Assembly: GCA_964016885.1 (NCBI GenBank) | Contig: OZ024745.1 | Coordinates: 133,424,001 to 133,488,000, forward strand | Source: Eledone cirrhosa | Lineage: Eukaryota | Reading direction: 5' to 3' | Length of the DNA stretch: 64,000 bases | In this document: positions 51,326-64,000 of the stretch, in pieces | Layout of the letters: each line of letters opens with the position of its first letter | Numbering within the stretch: the first letter of the stretch is position 1 | Notes under the pieces: model-generated | What the model was told of the DNA's origin: nothing | Databases searched by the model: none | What the model saw: the letters and a program-made list of their open reading frames with translations, nothing else | Translations under genes and position numbers: made by a program

Positions 51326-52113
51326 TCAATTCTGAAATTTGCAAGAAACGAATGATAAAATCAGTACTTTATATAAGTATTTATATGATTTCCTTTACTG
51401 TGATATTTTTCTGAAAACGTTTCTTCTGTAACTGATTTTCTTGTGAAAATGCATTCTGAATTCCATCATATGCCGCATTGCTGTGCGTTGTTTTTCCTTT
51501 AGAATGAGTATTAGATAATACAAATAACATTTTTACCATTAAATATTCTCCTTGCATTCCTACTACCTTTTCCTTACTCTATCTCCCTCTCCATCACTTT
51601 CCCGTTATCTCTAAATAAGTGTTATTTACCATTCTTTCCCAGTCTACCAATGACACCAGCTAGATGTGGTACATGTTATATATAAAACGAATTTTAGATT
51701 TAAATGATTTAACATGCAAATAGATTTTATGAAATATGTTCTACACATACACACACCAATTAACAAACACATATACGGTTTTGGTGACACAGAGAGGCTG
51801 ACATGCGTGCAGGGGTTCCCAATTGTTGAGGCGCATATATATACTCAGTGTAATACTTTCCTCTGTATATACGAATTCACAGACATCTACATACACACAT
51901 ATTCATACGTAATCACATGTACCTAACAAAAATAGACATGACTGGGAGTACATTAAAAGTTAGATTTAAGTAGCTATGTTTGCGTAATGCTTATATATGA
52001 ATTTACAGAGATATGCACGCAAATACGAATAGGATTACGTACTCAGAATCGTGTAAGGCATATATATGAATCTATACACAATGTATACACAGTATATATA
52101 TATATAAATCTAT

Positions 52114-52395
52114 GTGGAAGCACATTGCCTAGTGGTAAGGGTGTTGGACTTATGATCACAACGTCGTCGGTTCGAATCCTGATTTGCGTGTTGTTTTCTT
52201 GAGCAAAACACTTCATTTCAGGTTGCTCCAGTATACTCAGCTGAAAACGAGTACTAGCAATAGCTGGAAGTTTAACCCTGTGATGGACTGGCGCCCTGTC
52301 CAGGGGAAAGTCATGTACTCTCAGTCACTTTACGCCATGAAACCGGGATAAGCACCGGCCATATGAACTTCTGGCTTAAGAGAGACTTTAGACTT
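52114..52395 (+). mobile_element. Full-length tRNA-derived SINE family B with V-domain-like segment and TSD
   Basis: A-box, B-box ggttcgaatcc, ttcttgagcaaaacactt, ccctgtgatggactggcgccctgtccagggg, gaaaccgggataagc; flanked by tataaatctat / tataaatccat. Confidence 0.85.
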
Positions 52396-52681
52396 AAATA
52401 TATAAATCCATCATGGACACACAAGCCCAAACTCACCATTTATATTTATATATATGGAATGAAATTATACACACTCGCGTACATCCACTCGCATACAAAC
52501 ATATAATTTACATACATTTGTGAGAAAAAGACGAAAGTAGAGAGAGGGATATTAGAAATATATAGAGAGAATGAGCTATAGAGTAAAACCGTAATGACTA
52601 AAGGGGGCCTTGGTGGGGGCTGTTGTTGTTCTAATTTATAACACAGTTTTCTATTTTCAACATTTGTAATTTTAGAACACT

Positions 52682-52765
52682 TACTCCCAACTGTTATACT
52701 CCTAACTGTTATACTCTCTCTTGTTATACTCCCAACTATTATACTCCCAACTGTTATACTCCCGA
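52682..52765. repeat. 15-bp tandem repeat, about 5.5 copies
   Basis: (actcccaactgttat)n. Confidence 0.88.
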
Positions 52766-55451
52766 TCCAACAAAACCTTCCTTCTTTCTCCATTTCTTTC
52801 CGGAATTTTACTTAATTTACAACAGTTGCGGATATCTAAAACTACACGGCAATTTAGGTGAATATTTATTCGTTTTCACTGTCATAAGTACCAATGTTGA
52901 AATTGTTCCCATTCAAGAATTTTATTATTCGAATTTATTTATCATTATATTCCCTGAAAATGAGTCCATTTCAACTTAAAATAATGTTACCTTTACAATC
53001 AATGTTTCGTTGAACTTAATGGAGATCAAGGAGCAAATTGTAATTCGGTACTTGATTCTCTAAATTCGTATGTTCGTGAGAAATTTTCAGAATTACAGCT
53101 TTATGTCGTCTGTTCCCTATTTTTATAAAAGAGCGAAGAATATCTCAAGTGAATGGATTTCGCGTCAGACATTGAGAGTATCTGTGCTAGAGTAAAATTC
53201 CAGTTATGTTTAAAATTGAAATATTCCATATTATGGTAATAACAACGAGCAGTGTTTCATTGTTTAGTAAAGTAATCGTATTGCAACAACTATTCTGGCG
53301 TGTTAGAAACTGTTATGATAAGGAATACCCTTTGGACTGAAGTTATTTAACTGAATATTCGTCTGGAATTTATAATAAAACCATATTCTTTGATGTTTGG
53401 AAAATTGTTGATTCAGCAAAACCTTCGATATATAAATTTCCCCTTGCATGCAGGTACTCCAATTAACATTGATATCAACTGACCAGACATGTGTTCATGT
53501 TCCTATTTTATACGCAGCTGTCAGTTACAGAAGAAAAATTGAAAGTTTGATAAAAAAAATGTTTCGTCTGTTTAATAATACTAGAAATATCACCTTTGAT
53601 ATCAAATTGGATATCAATTGCGGAGACAAAGATGATACAATATATCACTTGACTACATAGATAAGCCTGATGCATATCACATTTTTTTTTTTTTTTTTTT
53701 TTAAATCTGGTATTTCAGAAACAAAGGATATACACGGGTAGTATTTTCAGGATGAATGCAGCATCTGAAGAAATTATTTGAAAGTGTTTGGAAGAAAGAC
53801 AACAAAATGATGGACGTTAGTGCCTATGCAGCTTGTTTAAAAATCAATTATAGCCATTTTAGCATACGTGGAAGAAGCATTCTCTGCGTGCCTCCATAAT
53901 GAGTAGTACATGGCTGTATCACGGATGTCTCTCGCTAATCAGTTGTTGACATTTTAACGGAAATTAAGCTGACGTGTTGCAATAAGGTGGCATTTCTCAG
54001 AATGCAGGGGCGACGAAGATCGTGCATATGGATGAAACGTATGAATATGAAGTTATGGGGTAATTAAGCCATAGTGCTGTATCAGGCGTCCTCGGATCCC
54101 GTTCTGTCGAGCGCTTCCACAAGATAGGAACTCTATCTGAGGAAGGAACCCCACGAGGTTGCAGCGTCTGCCGCTGGCCGTTGTCGTAAAAAAGCCTTTG
54201 AAGTTTTAACCGCAGGACGCAGCCCCAACTGCGCTGCGCCTTAAGCCGAAAACACATCACCCACTCGCCTTCTCTCTCCTTTTTTTTGTTATCCTAGAGT
54301 CCTTGATTTTCCCTTCTTTTTTATATTTATAGTACTTTCCTCTACTTTCCTATACATCCTGTTCTGCTCTTCTTTAACCCTTCCTCTTTTCCACATTACT
54401 TACGTTTTCTTTTATCTTTCTTTTTCTTATGTATGTAATTATCGATGGTTTTTAAGGCAACTTTGTGAAAATAGTGAAGGTTAGTTAGAACACTTTCAGC
54501 AGATATTTAATGGCTTACCATTATATGTTTTTATAAAATACGTTTGAATCACTCCTCCTTTATACCAAATAATTTTCAACACAAATGCATTGTAAATAAT
54601 TTGTTTAAATATAGCTTTCCGAATGAAGTAACTAATTTAATTTCAGAATATTTCTAACTGTATAATATCTATTTCATATAACAGTTTTATTGTTATATGA
54701 AATAGATATTATACAGTTATACATATTGATAAATTATGAATAACACGGATTAAAAATGGATATGATTACAAAATATATTATCTAGATTAACTATCATAAT
54801 GAAAGTTGTAAGACTGGATAACGGCTGTGTTCACATTGTTGGTGACATATCTCGACATTATGGCAATACCTGAAGAACAGTTTGTAGATCTTGACAAAGT
54901 AATATACAGCTCATTGGCAAACATAAAACAATTTGGAAGAACATAGTTATTTTACTCAATGGCTGACATCTCCCCTATCACATTCACTAGGCAATGAACG
55001 AAAAAGAAAAAGAAAATAATGAAACTCCGTCGGTTTCAACGATGCGTGTTTTCGAAGTTCATTACAAAGAACAAGCTCCTTGTGATATTAACAAACATTT
55101 TGTCTGAGAATTTCAATGAAACATGCGCCATTAACATGAACCTTGGATTACAGATGTAGTCTGTTTGACGAACAGCCATTTACCAATTTTGTTTGAGAGG
55201 CCTTGAGCCGACTCACGACTATAGTAAATTACACTATTCCTACAATAAAGTAGGATCAAATTCAGAAACCTTGTGAGACGCGGCTATGCTACGACAAGAC
55301 CAAGAAATAATATAACACAAAACATATTCTACAAAATTATATCTCAATAAATTAACACAAAGGTATTCTTACTCCAATTCAGAATTATTGCTATACCACC
55401 ACCACACATTCTACACAGTAGTTATTCATTAGTTTCATTAGTATGGTAACA

Positions 55452-55575
55452 GTGAAGGCGTGTGACCTAGTGGTTAGAGAATTGGATTCACAATCATGAG
55501 GTTTTGAGTTCGTTTCCCGGACCGAGCGATGCGTTATGTTCTTGAGCAAAGCACTTTATTTCACGTTTCTCCTTC
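55452..55575 (+). mobile_element. SINE family B 5' portion
   Basis: gtgaaggcgtgtgacctagtggttaga...gagttcgtttccc...ttcttgagcaaagcactttatttcacg. Confidence 0.8.
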
Positions 55576-56951
55576 TACCTGAATTGCGACCGATAGATCA
55601 TATTAGCAATTGGAAAGACCAATGGAAACGTTGTTTCCTCGGTCCGATTTGAAGAAAGTCGATCGCTCCTTTTAGTATAGTAACAGAAACTCACGCAATC
55701 CCAATCAGAGACTAAAGCATGCAACACCAATTACACAGCAAATACGAAACACAAACAACACCTAACAAAATAACATCACTACATATCGGTTGTAAAATTA
55801 AGTAAATGCTAAAATAATACTAGCAACTACGAGTTAAATCTTAAAACAAAGCGAAATTGATGAAGAATTATACGACCTAATATTCCAAAATGAGGCAGGA
55901 ATACGGAGATACAATTTATCGTCAAGTAAAGACTTATGTTCAAAATAGAATAATAAAATTGAAATTAGCGTAAGACTGTAAATTTACTCGACATTAACGG
56001 ATCGAATATGACAGTCTAGACAAATTTTATAGTGTCCTAAACCCATTTGTTAAAAAGATAACATCTTGATATAATAGACTACATATTTTTGAAATATGAT
56101 ATTCTATGCATATCATTCATATTATTTGTTGTAATTTTATAATTAAATATCGATACTTCCTTGTTTCATTTAGTTTTATTCTTTGCTCGGTGATTTCGAT
56201 AAGCAAAAATACTACTTTTCTTTACAGAAAATTATCTATGACACCGATCATTCAAAGATATCTACGTTTATGTCCAGTTTAATGGGAAGACATAATGTTT
56301 CACCATATGTTCAACATCAGTTGAAATCTAAAGAGTGACTACGCAATTCTGGAAACTTGTAACGAGCCCATAGATTGTAATGTACTACCAACATTAGAAT
56401 GGACGGCCTACTACATTGTTAACATAGTATTTTAAAGTTATTTTAATTAATTAGAAATGAAATTGATTAGAAAGTGTTCTTTACTGCTTTTTTTATCAGA
56501 AATTATTGCTATACTAATAATTATCCCTCCGTATCATGTGTGTAATTAATTAGAATTTCTTGCTTCAGTACATTAAATATGTCAGGAGCAGATTTGATAG
56601 TTGGTTAACGTGCAGATCGTGTCTTGTCTCTTGTTATTTTAGCTTTATTTCTATAGAAGTGAAATAATTAAACATCAGGGAAACAGATATATCTTATATC
56701 ATGTATATGTCTCCAACACAATGGTAGCTTGCAATATATTGGTCACGCAGTTTTCACATAATTCACCCTTGCATTGCTTCAATGAGCAAAAACGTTTGAA
56801 TGTCAGAATAAAAACGTCTTAGAATATACGAGGAATTATGTTTTTGTTCAAATACAACCAAGGTCCAATTTGATTTTAATACTTCTAGGGTGGATAAATC
56901 AATATACTTGAGTGAAGTTAATCAACTATCACGCCCCTCCAGAACAATTCT

Positions 56952-57152
56952 TAGATTATAAACAATTTTACTGTCTCTTCTTTTGACCTTTCTGGTTAGT
57001 TTCTGGTTAGTTTCAAAAGCCGTGAAAGTGAGTCTGAACAATTGTGACGACAGGCGCCCCAACGGGATAATCTTTTATTTTCTATTTCGGGTGTATTAAA
57101 ATAGATTATAAACAATTTTACTGTCTCTTCTTTTGACCATTCTGGTTAGTTT
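56952..57152. repeat. About 50-bp direct repeat (56952-57002, 57102-57152) around a 100-bp spacer
   Basis: tagattataaacaattttactgtctcttcttttgacc(t/a)ttctggttagttt occurs twice. Confidence 0.8.
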
Positions 57153-58209
57153 TTTCCAGAAATTTAGGGGATCATCTTACCAGAGAAAGAATCTTGTGAG
57201 TTTGACTGACACATCAGGATTCACTGGCTCTTCTTCATGTCAATTTCTTCACTATATTTTCCTTGTCGTGCAATTGCTGTGTACCGCTTAGTTAAGAGTT
57301 TCCCTCTCGCGTCCCACTTCGATTTTTTCTCTTTCTAGACACGTTTCTAGACATGTTTCTAGACATGTTTCGAAATATATACAAACTTATACCTTCAGCC
57401 TTCGCTGGCATTTTAGTATACATAGTTTAAGACATCGTCTCATACGACACACTCAATTGAGGTTGCTTGAGCTGCTAGAAAAACGCCTCTGAAAATACAT
57501 CTTTATATTCTTTAAATAGAAATCCTATATACGTTATCTGAAAATAAGTTGACATAGACTTAGCTTGGTTGATTTAATAAAAGATATGTCGGGTCTTAGC
57601 AGATTTGGAACTAAAATTACAACGCCAGAATAGAAGTCATTAGATTTATTCCAAAATTTAGTTCAACATTTTACAACTTTAAGAAATTTGGATATGATAT
57701 AATGTAGGAAGATTTATAAATATAGATTTCTCCTTGATGAGACATTGTAATTCTTCAGCATTCTTTCGTTACATTACAAACCAAAATTATCTTTCGCTCG
57801 GAATCATTATCAGTTATAAGAACTTAAATGATAAAATATGTTTTATTCCAGAGAGTTTTCTACGGAAATAGACATGAGAAGCAAAAGGAATGTAATGTAT
57901 ACATTTATATATATCAAGAAAAATATCTTGTAATTTTGAAATATATATCTTAATGGAAAGATAAACTATGATAGGAATCAATCTATCGATGGTAAGTTCC
58001 TGAGAATAAATCAATAACAACATTTTGAAATAATTACATAAAAAGTTATCGCTATTTATATAATAATAAACTTATTTCTGTCTGAATGTTCAAACTATTA
58101 TAATATTGAGAAATACAAAAATATATAGACAGGGAAAGAGAGAGGGGAGTAGGGAAATAGAGAATATGGGAGAGCGAAGCACACATACAAGACAAATATA
58201 TATATATGT

Positions 58210-58250
<41 letters not shown>

Positions 58251-58349
58251 TGTGTGTGTCTATGTAAAAGGTAAACAGAAATAACAACACAATCGGTACA
58301 GTATATTGAAGGAATATATTAGTTTAACGCTTGAAATAGCAGGAAGAAT

Positions 58350-58384
58350 GACTTAATGCTTCGGACGCTAGTCCTTCATCAAAA
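58350..58384 (-). ncRNA. Degenerate minimal hammerhead motif
   Basis: TTGATGA-A-GGAC-TAGC-GTCC-GAAG-CATTAAG-TC; two core substitutions. Confidence 0.5.
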
Positions 58385-59040
58385 GAAAGAAGGAGAAATT
58401 AAAAATGTTTAAGGGACGGGCATGTCGGAATCGGAAAAATATTTTTAGAGAAAGATAACAGGTCCATTCATGTTGCTATCTCTCTATAATATATGTTACA
58501 GATTTAAAGGTAAACAGAAATAACAAGGCAAACGGCACAGTAGACTGAAGAAATATAAATATATATATATATAATCAGAAAATAAGGTTAAATTCACAAC
58601 ATTTTCATCTGTCGTATACGTGTGATTTCGAAGCTCATAAGTTCGGTATATTTCATATCGCTGTTTTATTAGAGAGTTCTTATTGTAAGTTAGATAAAGG
58701 GAGATAGTGTTACTTAGATTTGTGCAAAATAGATGTAGCTTGTTCGTAGTTATTGGGGGGGGGGGTCTATTTAGTGGGTGGAAAGATCTAGTTACGTTCT
58801 TACCTAAAATATTTCTTGGGTGCTAGATAGATATTATATATGTTATAGCGTGGCAGGGAGAGTGCTTTCTTGTGTAGTTTTCTTTCTGTGTTAGAGTTTA
58901 GTTGTTATACAGTGCACTTCCAGGTATGGAAGATGTATGGAAACATGTGTGAGTAGCAGTTGAAAAGGTCATTCGTCGTATTTCGGAGCGATTTCATAGT
59001 ATGTTTTAAGATGTTCCATCGTTCATTATTTCATAATTTC

Positions 59041-59147
59041 CCGCCGAGGTTAACTTTGCCTTTCATCCTTACGGTGTAGATAAAATAAAGTACCCGTAAT
59101 GTACTGGGTAATTGCTGGCGTTGTGCCAAAAGTAGAAACAATTATTG
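59041..59147 (+). mobile_element. 5'-truncated SINE family A inserted in the PLE, 9-bp TSD
   Basis: cataatttc at 59032-59040 and 59148-59156. Confidence 0.85.
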
Positions 59148-61209
59148 CATAATTTCAATTCCTTCTTGAGGTAATGACTTGATTTTTCCAGATTTTTCTA
59201 TGTCCTGAAGAATTCTGCAGCGGCATCTTTGAGGGACCTTATGTGATTTGCCTGTTTCCTGTCTATTCATTTATCTGCGAGCCTATAAGTCGTTTTGTGG
59301 TCACGGGTTTTGAAGCGACCAACTGACATACCCACATGCGTCTTCACATGCCGTTGCTGTTTCGGTTGAAAGGCGGTTAGCTCAGCTTCATATACCACCC
59401 TGAGTGTATTGCATTGCTGATGCAGAGGGCACGATTCTGGCTTCCTGCGGGCTTGTGTTTGTTGGTGATTTGGGCGCAGGAGTAGTCGAGTGTCACTGTA
59501 TGTATATACTTATAAACTATGGGAAGTCATTGTCAATAAGAGCTATAAAGTTCTTGACTATGTTGGTTTTAACTTTAAGCTAGAATGGGGGGGGGGGGCA
59601 TATTATTTGTTTCTCTCTATCATACTTCTTAGTAGTAGTAGCGTGTTGGTCTTAAGTTAATGCAGAATCTAATCCTCAATCTGGAGGGGGGTAAGCGATT
59701 GGTAAGCCTCTGAAACCAACCTTTATTATGTGCCAAACTCTATATATCCAGATTTTTCGTATTTTCCAGCGTTAAACTATTACACCTTTTACAAGTTACG
59801 CCCGTTGCCTACATATTTCCAGGCGTATTTTTGTACCTGTTTATCTCTGTTTTGTCGAAATATTCCAGTAAATTATGCTGTTAATTCGTTGCTATCGACA
59901 CACATCTTGACAACAGATAGGTAAATCTGTTACCGAAACTAACATTAAATGTGCCTCACCAACTTATTATGTATTTGCTTTCCATCTAACGCGGTAAAGA
60001 TAAAAGAAAGTCGTAGGTGTAAATAATAACGTTAAAATTATGGAAGGCTAAAATAATAATTAACATAACTGATAAACTAATAAACTATTTACGTTCATTA
60101 AATATATATATTTCACTACACAAGTAAGACCTGCAATAAAATAGAGCTAGATTTATACTAATGGGAATTATAATGTCTATTATCATTTCGCAAATGAAGG
60201 TATAAAATATTAGAATATACTAAAACAAACTTAAAATAAAATAGATGGAAGCATAAACCAGTAATATATATATATAATTAAGATAATGGTTAAGTGGCTA
60301 AAACATTTCAGTGATTAAACTATATTGGGATAGAGGAGATGTTGCACTTAATAATAAGGCTGGGATTATAACAATTATGATAAAATAGAGAGCCGAAGGA
60401 ATTAGGAAAATTTTGTGAATATTGTACTGGAGATAGTTGGAAGTTTGAATATAAATTTGAAGAGATGTGTGAAACAATGAGGTTTTACTCTGTGTCAGTA
60501 TTCTTGGATAGCTAGTTAGCTGAAGGGAGGGGATTCTAGGAGGAAAATTGGGAATATTCTAATTAAAACTTTGAGATGGACGGTGGAGTATTTCATTCCG
60601 TGGAAGATATCTTTAATGTCGCTAACCCTGCATCTGGATTCCTTACTTTAGGCTTTAGTTTCCTAACACGGTTTCCTTTTTAGATATTTGCTGACATTCT
60701 AATTTCATAAGTGCATTGTTATATCTCTAGTGATGCTCCTTGGACTTGGGCCTCTGAGTGGGGACTTTCTAGTTGCAAATCCAGGGCTCATTTGTGAATA
60801 AAGAGGGTCTTTGCAATTTATATCGAATAAGGAGGAATATGATTCATCGATTTTCTACATTAACTGGGTGCTCCTCGGGGAATTTAAACCTTAAACAAAA
60901 ACCGTAACATTTAGCATTAGAGATCTTTGTAAATATAGTTGTAAACACGAAAAGACATTAAGTTCTATTAATATATATAAAATGGTTCATACACTTTTCA
61001 ATGGCGGAGCGAGGAACGCAAGAAACAAGTGATTGACGAGTTACCAGCCTGTGACAAATTGTGACATGAAATAATTGATACGCCGAGTGATTCCTCTTTT
61101 TGCGTCCCCAAAGCTAACATATACAGCAGCAAGAATGTATACATTCTATACTTAAATATTGCACATAAATACAAAACTCCATAATTTTGTACATACAGAC
61201 ATACATACA

Positions 61210-61237
61210 TCTCTCTCTTTCTCTCTCTCTCTCTCTA

Positions 61238-61290
<53 letters not shown>

Positions 61291-61342
61291 ATCTCTCTCT
61301 CTCTCCCTCTCTTTCTCTCTCTATCTATCTATTTATATATAT
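61210..61342. repeat. (CT)n/(TA)n microsatellite
   Basis: Direct reading. Confidence 0.95.
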
Positions 61343-61781
61343 ATATTATTCAAAATATTAACAAATGAAAGATATTCACATAATCAAAATATATGCTTTA
61401 TTATATATATTTTAAAGATACTGTGTTGTTTTTTTTTCAGTACGTCTTCATCAGATAAAATATATGATTTGATATATGACATACCGCTACGGTCTTGACT
61501 ATACAATTCTAACTGCCAATATTGGAATTGTATAATCAAGACCGTAGCGGTATGTCATATATCAAATCATATATTTTATCTGATGAGGACGTACTGAAAA
61601 AAAACAACACAGTACCTTTGAAATATATATAATAAAGCATATATTTTGATTATGTGAATATCTTTCATTTGTTAATATTTTGAATAATATTAAAAACTCC
61701 GGGAAAACTAAGTGTTGAGTGCTTTAAATCTATTGTAAAATTGTATTCATTGAGTAATCAACGAACCATATTAATGTTTGG

Positions 61782-61785
<4 letters not shown>
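61343..61785. repeat. Fold-back element: about 165-bp inverted arms, 15-bp loop, 95-bp one-sided extension, within (TA)n
   Basis: 61343-61509 is the reverse complement of 61525-61690 with about 5 differences; CTGATGA-GGACGTACT-GAAA at 61580-61599. Confidence 0.92.
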
Positions 61786-61814
<29 letters not shown>

Positions 61815-61816
<2 letters not shown>

Positions 61817-61885
61817 AAAAGGTTCATAACCCCGACGGCAGAGCTAAAGCCGTTTCGACGGCTATTTCTGACAGAAATTCCCACC
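61815..61885 (-). mobile_element. Family P2-related fragment
   Basis: accccgacggcagagctaaagccgtttcgacggctatttctg. Confidence 0.65.
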
Positions 61886-62280
61886 TTCCTTACTTAGAAG
61901 CTCACTCCTGAGAAAGTAAGATGGGAGAAAAACTTACTCCATCACTTAATTTTAAATTTTTAATTATTAGTTTTTAATTCCTATTAATTCTTTTTAATTG
62001 TAATACTCAAAATTCGATTAGATGAATTTTAATAATACATCGAAACCGGTAATGCTTTATATACTTTATATACATTATAAACCTCTTTTTTTTAAAGAAT
62101 TGTCCCTCTCATTTTTTCAATGATGTCACTTTGACGAATCAAAGAAAGGATAAATAAGAAAAGCAGACCCTTAAATATACTTTCAGCGCTATTTCAACTT
62201 CATCTTTTCCCTATATCCACTGTTTTGTAAAGAACGTTACTTGACTTTTCTAATATATACAGTATATATATATATACAAG

Positions 62281-62995
<715 letters not shown>

Positions 62996-63321
62996 ATATT
63001 TGTTTCGACACACGATTTCATATAAAAAACCTCGCTAAACTAATTCATCGCCGCTATATATATATACGTATATATAAATTAGTAGTTTAGGCACATATGT
63101 ACCTCTTCATTCTTCTATGCAAATATTACACTAAAAAGTGAACATTACTTATACAATGAAATGTTTTGTTATAAGTAGATACATTACATTTCGAGATATG
63201 AGCTTATGAAATAGTCTAAACCAATATAGATTTTATTAATTATAAAAATGAATATACGAAATTTATCTCAATTTCTCAGACAAATTTAATGAGGCAAATA
63301 TTTTGTTTGACAATGCGAGTC

Positions 63322-63383
<62 letters not shown>

Positions 63384-64000
63384 TGGGTGATATGGATAGC
63401 AATCATGGCCAAAATATGAATGAAAACTAAACAGGATATGTGTGTATATATATGTGTGTGTGTGTGTGTGTTCATGTGATTTTCTCTGTGCCTCTGTATT
63501 TATGTATGTATACATGTCTAAAATGTATGAAATTATCAATAAAATTCGTCTTCAATTATATATCTTAGTATTTATATTTCTACATTAAACCAATATGTCT
63601 ACAATTATTTTAAGATCTTTTCCTATGTATAACACACTTCAATATATGTCTGTGTAAGTTTTAAGCGTGTATTATGAATCTTTTGATGTTTCACTCTATT
63701 GCTACACAGTTATATGATAGTAGCATAAGCTTAAACGAACTGGCGATGTTTCTTTAATAGATCTGTGTTCTCTGCACAGGTTTGCTTGATATGTTTACAT
63801 TTATATGTTTACATTTCATTTAGCGTTGTCTTATACTAATGCTGTCCAATTGAAACAGGTTTTACCTAAAACAAGGAGTAATTACAACTAGATAATATGG
63901 TCATCGTGAATATCCAAGAGGTAAAAGATGCAATTAATTCCTGTCTCCCACCCCATAGAATACAAATGCCTAGAAAATAACACTTCAATATATCCTTTAC

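Larger units (their letters stand above)
58262..60900 (-). mobile_element. Highly decayed Hydra-clade-like PLE with partially duplicated pLTR
   Basis: Minus strand GFATRKSP (near 60780), KVKTNIVKNFIALIDNDFP, RKPESCPLHQQCNTLRVVYEAEL..THVGMSVGRFKTR; 55-bp direct repeat 58265-58320 / 58505-58560; hammerhead-like motif 58350-58384; extent approximate. Confidence 0.65.

Overview
This is AT-rich, microsatellite-saturated eukaryotic (animal) DNA made almost entirely of retroelements. The SINE types and repeat landscape resemble a coleoid cephalopod such as Octopus, which is an inference from recalled repeats, not a database hit. No confident host gene is present, only weak exon candidates, the best being an 18-nt microexon-like segment at 50983-51000. 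Contents: (1) three R4/Dong-type RLE non-LTR retrotransposons in (TAA)n tracts, one with an intact 1216-aa ORF (37252-40902, minus) and a highly structured 5' UTR; (2) two decayed Tx1/L1-clade LINEs and several RTE fragments; (3) many tRNA-derived SINEs and a mariner end; (4) at least six decayed Penelope-like element (PLE) coding fragments of about three lineages. The most interesting signal is a population of short non-coding PLE-terminus-derived units embedded in (TA)n. Several carry minimal type I hammerhead ribozyme motifs, one family with compensatory stem II changes. Five are built as fold-back hairpins with roughly 60-165 bp arms, suggesting a retrozyme-like or dsRNA-generating system. 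All alignments and RNA folds were done by eye and boundaries are approximate.
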